A stretch of DNA of 64,000 nucleotides from Utricularia gibba (lineage: Eukaryota; Plantae; Magnoliophyta). Below are positions 53,574-64,000 of this stretch, one piece after another. The position numbers and the translations under genes are program-made. Below the pieces are notes generated by a model. That model was not told the origin of the DNA. It saw nothing but the letters and a program-made list of their open reading frames with translations, and did no database searches. The DNA lies in NCBI GenBank assembly GCA_002189035.1, contig NEEC01000004.1:4340001-4404000 (forward strand). Direction: 5' to 3'. The stretch's first letter is position 1; every line of letters begins with the position of its first letter.

Positions 53574-54683
53574 TCATGCCCAACGACTTCCAACGAAGTT
53601 GTGAAGGAAGAAGGAGAAGACAGTTACTAGAACCGAGAACGGCCTGCTTGCTAGCAACCCAAGTAGAATGATAACACAGAATAGAGAAAGTCTCCAAGCT
53701 CTAGTATCCTTAGCCTTGAATTGTCCTGTAGTTTTGTTGCCTGCTTCTTCTACCTTACTGGACTGAAGCACTTCATGGACAGAAGCAAACGTAGGCACGA
53801 CATCTTCGTCCCCGCATGGTGGAGTCGAAGTGGGAGGCTGTCCTCTAGCAACTTGTGATGATATCTCCTTCTCTGTTTGATTCACCTCTTCTGTCTTAAG
53901 TTTTCTACCTTTGAAACTCTTTGCAAAGAATCTCTTCAACTTCGCCTTCATCTTAGCTCTCTTGGATGTCTTTTTCGACTTGGGACCCCGATGCTGCAAC
54001 AAATCCTCAAGGCGAACTTCTTGAGACGCAGATGAACTCACTGTTTCCTCTTGAATTTCTTCCATTATGATCGCAGAGTTATCACCCGTTTCAACAATCT
54101 CTGCTTCTGTCAATCCACAATCCCCCTCCACCAAAATCTCACCACAATTCTGAGTATCTGGTGATCTCCAAAACAGCACTTTTGCTCGGAAGCAAGGATT
54201 CAAAATCCCCGATAAACGGTTTTCTAAGTAATCTAGAAAAAGCAATACGAATGCAGAGATGGTGATCCCCATTGTCAATCTACTCGTTCCCAGAGCGAAG
54301 AACACCACCAAGAACAACTTGAAAACAACCACCAAACTGCTACCTGAACTCCCATCACATTCTTCATCATTAGCTACTCCCACATCAAGATACTCAGTCG
54401 TATCAGAAGAAGTAGGAGATGATGGAATCGAGGGATATCTTTCGCAGGAAATGGGATCCTCAGCCGCATCAATAGAAGCATGATTATTGTTGTTCCTCTT
54501 TTTCTTTTTCGATGCCTTCTTCAATTTCTCTCGATTCTTCATAAACAGATCAACAAGCGATGTGGGAAACCCTGTTTCGACCACAAGAGAAGACCCATCT
54601 CGGCGCTTCCGCGAATTGTGGAGATGATCGTTCACAAGTTTTGAAATTTTATGGCTCTTCACCTTCCTCCAAGGGAAAGCCAT
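53574..54683 (-). CDS. Ethylene-responsive nuclear protein (ERT2)-like, intronless, 369 aa
   Basis: MAFPWRK...GSSLVVETGFPTSLVDLFMKNREKLKK family motif, central hydrophobic segment, C-terminal CVIILLGLLASR. Confidence 0.82.
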   Translation of the reverse strand: MAFPWRKVKSHKISKLVNDHLHNSRKRRDGSSLVVETGFPTSLVDLFMKNREKLKKASKKKKRNNNNHASIDAAEDPISCERYPSIPSSPTSSDTTEYLDVGVANDEECDGSSGSSLVVVFKLFLVVFFALGTSRLTMGITISAFVLLFLDYLENRLSGILNPCFRAKVLFWRSPDTQNCGEILVEGDCGLTEAEIVETGDNSAIIMEEIQEETVSSSASQEVRLEDLLQHRGPKSKKTSKRAKMKAKLKRFFAKSFKGRKLKTEEVNQTEKEISSQVARGQPPTSTPPCGDEDVVPTFASVHEVLQSSKVEEAGNKTTGQFKAKDTRAWRLSLFCVIILLGLLASRPFSVLVTVFSFFLHNFVGSRWA

Positions 54684-55534
54684 AGCCAGAATCAATCAAT
54701 CAAACATCACCCCGCACAATATTACACCCCAAAACGCATCCCAGAACCAACCCAATAAAATGAAAGGCAAAACGCATGAGACTGCATATCAGTGTCTCTA
54801 CAAACCCATCCTCAGAATCAGAAAAGATAGATATGAATCAACAAACGAAGAGGTATTAAGCGAAGGCGAAGTGGGTGAACTCGTCCAACCGCCTAATCCG
54901 CCGCCTATTTATGAAGCGGAGAAAGTGACATTATTGAAAGGTGAAAAGAGAGTTCGCCAGAAAAGCAAATTATGATAATCGAGTTTTGTCCTTCTTTCCT
55001 TCATTCCGCCGCGCCCAGTGACAGAAAGGATATTCCCTTTCCATGTATAGCTGTCGGCTACTCTCTCCTGTACTCAGGCTCTCCAAGCTCGTGTCTTGGG
55101 CTTCCATTTTGAAAAATAATGAAATCCACGAAAGTTTCTCGACCCAGAACTTCGGTTCTGTGTGTCCTAAACGTGTTTGATTGTTTAGGTTACGCAAAGA
55201 CGAAATTTTGTATGATCCAAAAACTTGAAGGCGTAGGTAGAGAGCCATTTGCCAAAATTGCAGAGATGGTACCAGGAATTGCCATGTGTCCGTGCATTAC
55301 TGGTCCTTTGAAACGTATAAATTGCTTTTTCGTCCCCTTTTCCTTTCCTTCGAGATGAAGTGAAATCTTTCTCAGGGTTTCAGTTTGGTTCATCCGTTTG
55401 TGTTTTTGATGTATAGTCTGTTGTGAAGCATGGTTTGAATTGAGATGAAATTTCAGTAATCTTTCGTTCGTCTGTATAAGTACAAAACTGAAGTGCAGAT
55501 TGTGTACGCAAAAGAAGGAAAATAATCGGCTCAA

Positions 55535-58030
55535 ATGGGCAACTTTACGCCAAAATTGAAGCTGGTTTCACTTATGTGGCTGGAGGGATTCAGGGAGGCT
55601 TGTTGCCTCAATCGTGTCATTCTCTGCCTCAGGTTGACTTATCTTGCGCCCATCTTCTTAATTCGCTTTCTCATTTCTGGTTTTCTTTTCTGAAATTTCT
55701 TGATTCACACGGTGTAAATAAGTTCCCTTTCCTATTATTTGATCGTTTTTGCTCATGGGCTTTCATTCGTTTTTGGTTAAAGGTCTAGAGAGCTTGCTGT
55801 ACGCACAGGGCAGTGTTTTCTCCTGAATGGCTTTATATTTCTAGGAAGGTATGAAGTACCAACACCTTTAATTGTTGCGTTGTTTTCAATACAAATGGGT
55901 TATGCGTGCAATTTTTCTTCTTGGTTCAAAACATTCAAGTTCCAATCTTTGGCGACTTTGGTCATGTTCTATAATGTAATTTATCGGCTATGCGTCTACG
56001 GAGAGAAACTTTGTCACGCTCAATTTACAGGAGCCTTTATATATTTCGTGCCAAGCGTAAAGGAGAGGACTTTCCCGATATCTGATGAGGAATATTGTCT
56101 TGCAGTATATATGTTTTTAGATCTTTTGTCATTCCCACCCTGCAATGGATTCTGCCTGATGGATGCCAGCTGAATAGTTTTCAAGAGCCATGCCCTTATG
56201 AAAGTATTCCAAAATTCTATCCCATCTTACGGAGTAAACTGATTCAGCTCTTCTATGTAAGCGGCCCTTTTTATTTCTCAATATGCGGAGACTCTGAGAA
56301 GGAACCTCATCTATCATGAAGCTTGCATCTAGTTCTCTAATGTCCCAAGGCGCAAACTTTAATCTCATTATGAGAAAGAAATAGACGTAGAAGAAGTTTT
56401 AATTATGATATGAAATGAAGGTTGCATGAAGCAGATGACTTTGTAGTGTGTTATACATGATTGTGACTTTTGATATCGCCACCTTCACTAACTTCTCTGA
56501 GGTCTGAACGACCGGTAACTATACACAGCTTTTAAGTGTATGTGCTTGTTTATGATGTTTTCATAATTTTAATTGAACTTTGTCTAGTCTTTAACCAGAT
56601 GTTTGAGATGAGCATTGATATTTTTTTCCATCAGCAACACTTGTCCCTCACAGGTTGTTGTTGATGTTTTTTCATCTAACTATATTATTTTGCAGGTGTT
56701 GTGGTTTTATCCTATGTACATATCCAGCTTTATTTTAAGCATGCTCTGGTAATCTATCCCCCCTCTCCTGCTCAACTCCAAACCATGTTGGCATAGCATC
56801 GTTTGTTTGTTTGTTTGTTTGCTTTTTTTTTTTTGATGAATGCCGTTCATGTATGAATTTCTTACTTTTTTGATGTTCTTTAGATTATGTGCCGTTGTTT
56901 TGTGTTTGAATTCAGGTATGGTGATATTGCAAAGCATGGATTTTTGGCTATTGAGATGTACAGTACTTCCAGTACTTCTACCCCGGAATCCTCCAGCTCA
57001 TTAGATTCATCTGCTTCAAAATCCACTGCCTCCAGCAACCAGACTACTGAGGGGTCTGCTTTCAAATTCTACAGCATTTTTTAGATTTCCTTTTTCTATG
57101 AATCATGATCCTGTGATTTTTCTTGTTCACCTTGGTAACTGTAGACTGGTGGTTGGAATGGCAGAACAAGTATATTCCATTCTCCTGATGAATTTTTTTG
57201 TCCTGCAGGTAAAGCCAGATACACTCTTTCTCTGTGCATGTATCCTTAGTTTGATAAATACAAATCCATTCTTGTAGGTATTTTTCATCGGTTTCATCCC
57301 GCTCTTCGGACAGTTTCTGAGCTTCATTCTCCTTACGTGGCTGTATGCTTATTCTTGTTTCGAGTGAGTTTTTTTTTCTCTACCCCTATATCCCGGATTC
57401 CGCGTCGAATCAAGAAATGCTGACTCTTGCTTTCCTTTCAAAGGTACAAATGGAACCATTCTGGTGTGAGCTTGGACACCAGATTAAACTTCTTTGAATC
57501 CAACTGGCCATTCTTTGCTGGATTTGGTACGACTTCTATAACAAGCTCAGTGTTCAGTACAATACTGGGAACTTTACCTTCAGCTCTAGTCTAGCTTCTC
57601 AGTTCTTCAGCACCTCCATCCGCTTTCCTTCCAGGCAGTCCATGCGTTGTGGCTATCTTCTTCTACACTCCCCTCGTCAGCTACGGTGTCATGGCCATTC
57701 TGTTTCCTCTAGTACGCATCTGACACCCCTTTTGCCTGATGAAGCGTTCTCTGCACTAACCAAGCCTTCCATGTTGCAGTTCGTGATGACTGCAGCAGGA
57801 TCAAAAGCAGACAGCGCCATCAGCTCCGGGAGAAGGAACTGGAGAGGCGCAGGCCTCCCTCGGCTCCCAATATTCTGCATCGCTGATTATCTGTCGTAAG
57901 CCTCCCTCCTCTACCGATCTTTCATGAGATCTGTGACGTTCATGCTATCGTACGCATGTTGTCGTTGCTCAGGATGAAGGTGCTGGCACTCCTACCCACA
58001 AACGCTCCTCCCCAGAAGGCGAAGGGATGA
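55535..58030 (+). CDS. EI24: Etoposide-induced protein 2.4 (EI24) homolog, 11 exons
   Basis: Exons 55535-55632, 55783-55848, 56106-56256, 56696-56748, 56916-57053, 57145-57208, 57278-57363, 57444-57526, 57635-57711, 57780-57895, 57973-58030. WLEGFREACCL, RTGQCFLLNGFIFLGS, LWFYPMY, RLNFFESNWPFFAGFGSPCV, PLVSYGVMAILFPLFV. Confidence 0.92.
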
Positions 58031-60055
58031 GAAGAGAAGATGCACTGAGTTTGCTTGCTGCTTCTGTACATATTCAAGACAGTGACGCACTGTTAACTGC
58101 AAGTTTCCGACAATGTGGTTTCATGCTACGTGTCGCGTTCGGTTGAAGAAGAAAGGATTGTGGTAGTAGTTTAGTTTTGTTAAGGATCATGTGAATAATT
58201 CTTATCCATCTTTCAATTAGGTTGTTTGTATAATTGATTTGAATATCTCGATCGTCAGAGACCATGTGGAATTTAGGAATATCTTGATCAAAATTTGGGA
58301 AGATATTTGAACGAAAATTATTTTACATAAGTTATTCTAAATAATACTTTGTTTCGGAAAATTTTTAAGTGTTGTTTTTATCAAAAATAATTTTGAACGA
58401 AACATTTTTTATTTTAATTTTTGGATATAATTAAAAATGAGATTAAAATAGAAATAAGAAATTGTTACTTATACTTTTTATTTCTTTTTTTATCATTAAA
58501 TTTTTGAAAATATCTAATTATGTAATTTTTTCATAATACGTTATTTTTATTTTTACTTTTTCAAAATTTCTATTTTTAATTTTTAATTTTAAAAAAATAA
58601 AAACAATATTCAAAAATTTTCCAAAACACTACTTAAATCTTGAAATATAAAGTCATCAGATATTATTCAAATCTTATAGTAATTTGTCTATTAAGTTAGT
58701 TTTTTGTCTATTTTTTGGAGAAAAAAAATTAAAAAATTAGCAACAATTCATGAAGCTCAATTTGGGACGAGGTCTGTCGTTGTTGTTGGCTGGGGTAGCT
58801 AATAGTCTGAGCCCAATCCATTATCAGACCCAATTAATTTGGAACCGTTGCAAAGTGGGCCCAATTATTCATTTTTCCTACCAAGAAATAATATAAATAT
58901 CAAATTTGTAAATAAAAGTATTAAATATGATTAAAATTGCAGTCGTATTAAATACACAATAAAAAATATGTGACAATTTTCGAAACAAAATTAGCTTTAG
59001 TCACGTCATCCCTCCATTTTTTCCGCATCTATCAATTGATCAAATCAACGTGTGTCATTTACTCCATTTTCAAGTTTATTCCTCCAAAAATGGTAACTAG
59101 ACCTATAAATTGCAATTACCTTTTTTAATAATTAATTGATTTTTATCTCATAAATTGGTTGACTTTTAGTATTGATTAATTGGTGTCAAATGATTTTAGT
59201 ATATCTATACCAATAAGTTTTGTAACAGGATAAACAATGTCATGATGCATCTTTTAATTGTACGATATTGTACGTTTCAGACATATAATTTTAATGTTTT
59301 TTCCTTACTAAGAAAAAGTTTCATGTAAAATTAATAGAGTGTAATTATACATAAACTATTCATTTAATTCGTCTATAATTGATGTGAAATTTGTTTAAAA
59401 TCTTTAATATCAGTCGACTCTTTAGAGAATATATAGTCAAATCTATATTTTATTCTACTTCTAAAATCTTTTTAAAAAATAATTAATAAGTAATTTATAA
59501 ATTTTATTTGATAATAAAATTGTTTATGCAACGCTTTTTTTTCAGAAGAATAAGCTAAAAAAATTATGATAATTGTAGCATGATAATGCGAATGTTTATA
59601 ATGTATTGAGAATTTGGAATGCTCCCATGCAAATTAATGAGGAGTACAAGTATATTTACTGTACGGTAAGAAATTTGGGAGGGGGCAAAATGGGAGTAAC
59701 AATATATGCACGTTTTTAATTTCATTTACCGCATTCATTTCACCGAGAACGGAATTTTGACCGCGCGCGCCTTGATATGGAAATCAATGCAAGTAGTCAA
59801 GAATTATTAACACTTTCGGTTTATTTCTCTTAATTCATACCACTTTGTTCTCCGTAAAAACTGTAAAAAATTATCACTTTACCATGGGGAAATTAACGCA
59901 ATTAAACCCGCATAATCTAAGGAATTCTTCGTTCCAAGAATTAAATTCAATGGTGCTGCAGTTCATTTTTTTTGTTTGGGTTCAGTGCATATATGTAGCA
60001 AAGATTGAATTTTTTTTGCAGTAAAAGCAGTCGTTGGTGCTGGTTCTTCACTAGG

Positions 60056-61434
60056 ATGCTACTAGTCTGGTGGTGGTGGCTGGCGGCGTCAGCTCTTCTC
60101 GATCCGCTGTCGGCGACGTGGGTGCGTCCATGGCACCGTTTCGACGGCACGTGGATCCCGACGGTGTTTGTGGATCAGTCCGGTGCCGGGAACTTCACCA
60201 GAATTCAAGACGCCATCGATGCGGTTCCCTCCAACAATGCGAGGTGGATATGCATCAGGATCAGACAGGGCACCTACAGGTTCATTCCATGAAGGGGAAG
60301 GTGTTGCTTCTTCCCCATCTGCTGCTTATGGTGTTTTTGTCTGTTTGGTGCAGAGAGAAAGTGGCGATCCCTTTCGACAAGCCATTCATTATGCTGAAAG
60401 GGGAATCCAAAAGGAATACCCTGATCGTGTGGAACGACTACGGCTCCGTCGCGACGAGCGCGACGTTCACGTCGGAGGCGGACAACATCATAGCGAAGGG
60501 GTTAACTTTCGTTGTAAGGAATGAGGGAAGATGAAGCATGGCGACAACTACCCGCTGTCGAAGATTAATGTGTGCTGTGTGTGTCTGTGCAGAACTCTTA
60601 CAACTACCCGCTGTCGAAGAAGGCGGAGAGGTTGGTGGCGCTGGCGGCGAGGATCCAGGGCGACAAGGCGCTGTTCTACCGGTGCGGCTTCATCGGGCTG
60701 CAGGACACTCTGTGGGATATGATGGGGAGGCATTACTACCGCTTCTGCACCATCCAGGGAGCTGTGGATTTCATCTTCGGCTCCGGCCAGTCATTCTTCG
60801 AGGTAAACGGGGGTGGCTCGAAACGCATGGGGATGAACAGTAGCTCACGATTTTGGGGTGCGCTTTGCAGAGATGCACATTATCGGTGACAGGGGCGGCG
60901 CTGAACGGGTACATCGGGTACATCACGGCGCAGGGGCGTTCGAGCGCCGCCGGCAGCGACGGCTTCGTGTTCATGGACTGCAACATCGTCGGCGATGGGA
61001 AGGTGTTCCTGGGGAGGCCGTGGCGGGAGTACGCCAGAGTGGTCTTCGTCAACACCACCATGGCGGATGTGATTGTTCCTGAGGGATGGGATCCCTGGTT
61101 CACCAGAGGACATGAGTGAGTAGCAATACAATGAATGATGATGACATCAAAGCTCTGTGTTCCTGCAGCGCATAACGGGATGCTGATTGTTCTGCTGATC
61201 AGGCAAACGCTGACGTTCTCCGAGTACGGGTGCAGCGGACCGGGAGCGAACATGTCGAAGAGGATGAAATGGGTGAACCAGTTTAGCCAGTCGGCGTTGC
61301 AGGGGTTGATGAGCACCGCCTACATCGACGACAAAGATCGCTGGGTCGGAAAATACTGTACCCTTGCCGGCTGTTACTCTCAGGCAGGAGAGGGACTGCA
61401 TTTCTGGCCGTTGAGGTCTCTTGTAATTACCTGA
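60056..61434 (+). CDS. Pectin methylesterase without PMEI pro-domain, 5 exons
   Basis: Exons 60056-60279, 60354-60513, 60593-60802, 60871-61115, 61203-61434. VDQSGAGNFTRIQDAIDAVP, GLQDTLWD, GAVDFIFG, FLGRPW, EYGCSGPGA. Confidence 0.93.
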
Positions 61435-61660
61435 AACTTTTACAATACTCCCAAAAATGTCTTCACTTCATTTCTGAACATCAGAGCTTGCCGTAAAAAA
61501 ATCACAAGTATCTGATGACAGAATCATTGAGGTTTATGTATTCCTTGTGAGAAATAACGATATATGATACTGGAGAAATTTACTCTAACACAAAAGCTGA
61601 TTCAGAGAACGATCATGTAAAGGAGTTTTCCATGTAGAAACATGGCCTATATCATGTACC

Positions 61661-63553
61661 TCAAAGAGGAAAGGAGGCTTTAGCGTCCTTAGATTTCCTC
61701 TTCTTATCTTGCATTTTCTTGTTCTTCTCCACACTGGAGGTCCAGGAGTAACCAGCAGGGATTGAGAATGGATCTTGGGAACTCTCAGTCCTGTGTTGAG
61801 GATGGGATTTCGTGAATGGCAACCAGGAGGACACTCCACCATGGCTCTCATGGACACCATTGATCGGCTTCGAAAATTCATCCGGCGTTCGGAGCTCTTC
61901 GAACTTGGTAAACGTGACCATCACTCTGATACTGGGAACCAATGGAATAGCAACCTGGGATGTTACCAACATCAGGAAAAGTATCAGAATGGCTGTGCAA
62001 CAACAAACAATGTATGTATGAAGAGGCTACCTTGACTGGGAATGTTCCTTTGGGGAGTTTTGTGGTGAATAACTCTCTCAGTCGTCTCACAGCTTTAACT
62101 TTATTTGCTATGATGTCAAGTAAGGGAATCACTTCTTCCATTCGTAGGGGAAAATCAGGAGAAAGCCAAAGAACAGGCCTCAAGCTTTTCTTATACTCAG
62201 TTTCACCACTAGTTGATGCTCCTTTACCTTCTCTCGACTTCCGATGATGATCCCTTTTCACCACCACATCAACAGAATGCCTACCAGGTGTTGTATCTAG
62301 AATGCCACTGACCTTCTCTTTGGAACATAATGATTTTCTGGGAGAAACAGTAACTTCCTTATCATCCTTGTGCGTGCGGTCTCGTCTCCTCAAAAAATCG
62401 AATAGTCCTCCTCCCTTTTTATGACCATTTTCAACATTGGTGCTACTGGCTGTAACATCGATTTGGCCATTGTCTTCAATTGTGATATCCCTTGCATCAA
62501 CATTCTCTATACGAAAGTCCGGGCTGCCTAGCTTAAAAGCAACCTCAAGCTGCTTTCTCTCTTCATCGGTTAGCATGCTATCATCAAATTCTTCTGCTCC
62601 TATCACATCAGTCAATGAGCCTGGAACTCTTCTCGACTTGATGCTCACCTCGACATTATGCATATCATACAACTTAGCTCTCCAAGGACCAATCATCTCA
62701 GTCTTCTCTTGTTTTCTCCAAGTCATTTGAGGTAAAAGAACAGCTTGGGTTACGTCAATTCCGGGTCGAAATATACCGATGCTCTGCAATGCCATAATTT
62801 CTTGCTGAATCTCCGACTCGCTCAATGGCACACCACTGCCATCGAATGGACTTACAACTTCTTTATCCTTGTGAGAGACTATTAGAAATGATCCTGGACT
62901 AGCTTGACCAGTCTCTAATCCATCACCAAGAAAGAGAATACTCTGATCAGAACGTTGCGTCACGAACCCATCAAAACCAACTAAACTCATGTCTGCTCTA
63001 ACATTGGCTCCTCTTTTCCATATTCTGTATGTATCCGAAGGGGCGATCCGGGAAATGAAGGGGATGACAGAGCTCTCAAAATTGAACCTGATCTCCATAT
63101 AAAAGTCTCTCATCCTTCTCATGGATCCAATTAATCGAGGTAATCTTCGGCGCCATTTGGCCCATGCCAGTGCCTGGTAATGTTTAACCATGATCTTTAA
63201 AATCCCTAATTCATGGACACAAAATGCTTCCTGGAGGGCACTCCACCCCTGTTCATTATGCAAACTACAGTCTGCTCCAGCATCCATGAGCATTTCTGCA
63301 GCATTTGCATCACCAAATTTCACAGCCAAATGAAGTGGTGTGTCTCGTTAGGAACATCACGTTTATCTATTACTTCTGATATGGCATCAGCCTTAGCCTC
63401 TTCTTCAAGCGAGACAGATTCCGTTTGAATTTCGGATGAATCACGAAGCCTCGGAAGAGCTCGGAGAATGCTTCTCAAACCAGCATAGTCCTTCAAGATT
63501 ATGGCTTTATGGACAGGACTATGCTCATAGTTCGCGAATGCAACACCAGACAT
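61661..63553 (-). CDS. Ankyrin repeat domain-containing protein 13-like, 2 exons; apparent 1-nt deletion at 63347
   Basis: Exons 63553-62031 and 61954-61661. YEHSPVHKAI, DVPN(R)DTPLHLAVK (frame break), QNEQGWSALQEA analogue HNEQGWSALQEA, DFYMEIRFNFESSVIPF, LRPVLWLSPDFPL, KLPKGTFPVKVAIPLVPSIRV. Confidence 0.92.
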
Positions 63554-64000
63554 CCCTCAGAATCAACCCCCTAAATCCAAACGCAAAACCAGCGGTGGCT
63601 GCAATCGTCAAGCAGGTTCCATAACTCTGGAATAGATGAATCAGTAAAAGGCAGAAACGTCGCAACGAAAAGAAAGGTACCAGACTATTAAACCCTTCGA
63701 TCAGGCAAAAGAATAAACTTTCTCCTACGTAACCCTCAACAAACAGCAAACTACAAAACAAAACAAAACAAAATCCCAGATAAGAGACAAACCGTTCGCT
63801 TACAAAAAGAAACCGAGAACAGGTTAATTTCCAGAACACCGATCACTCACTTAATCCCTCCTTTAATCAACTTAATCACAATTTATCTTACGCTGATCAG
63901 ACCGCCATCACTGAACTTAGCGAAAGGAAAAAATTGAACTTGGGGATGGGGAAAGACACGCCCTATTACCTCAATCAAACAGTTACAGCGGCGGCGAGAA

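Noticed and set aside
58200-59900. Possible TE remnant between EI24 and PME
   Set aside because: Only a weak inverted match of about 12 bp (near 58347 and 58977) in very AT-rich DNA; no TSD or coding remnant.
29170-61434. GH79, epimerase, BBE and PME as a cell-wall biosynthetic cluster
   Set aside because: They are spread over 32 kb among unrelated genes; there is no co-regulation evidence in the sequence.
14861-63347. Calling TIM17, PHOX, MATH, epimerase, bHLH, BBE, FAH and ankyrin genes pseudogenes or programmed frameshifts
   Set aside because: The breaks are uniform -1 homopolymer losses with intact flanking frames and splice sites; sequencing error is the simpler explanation.

Overview
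Gene-dense nuclear region of a compact-genome eudicot: most introns are about 70-110 nt, there is about one gene per 3 kb, and AT-rich spacers separate them. I reconstructed 20 recognisable loci exon by exon: PDS5/Tudor, plastid aspartate aminotransferase ASP5, GOS11, TIM17, VPS32/SNF7, a divergent 3'-5' exonuclease-KH protein, VPS55, PHOX/CLMP1, a serine-rich protein, a GH79 heparanase-like protein, a large MATH/TRAF coiled-coil protein, UDP-arabinose 4-epimerase, a bHLH, a BBE-like FAD oxidase, a tandem FAH pair (one copy decayed), an ERT2-like protein, EI24, a pectinesterase and an ANKRD13-like protein. About a dozen reading-frame breaks in eight otherwise intact genes plus the decayed FAH copy are single-base losses in short homopolymers. 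They most likely reflect sequencing or assembly error rather than pseudogenes. The main unexplained structures are a 1.57-kb 22/23-bp minisatellite carrying about 35 site II (TGGGCT) motifs inside the GOS11-TIM17 divergent promoter, and two unidentified spliced minus-strand units. One of these is a possible 50-aa three-exon gene antisense to the epimerase 3' end; the other is head-to-head with the heparanase. No CRISPR array, tRNA or rRNA was seen. All family assignments come from recalled motifs, not from database searches.
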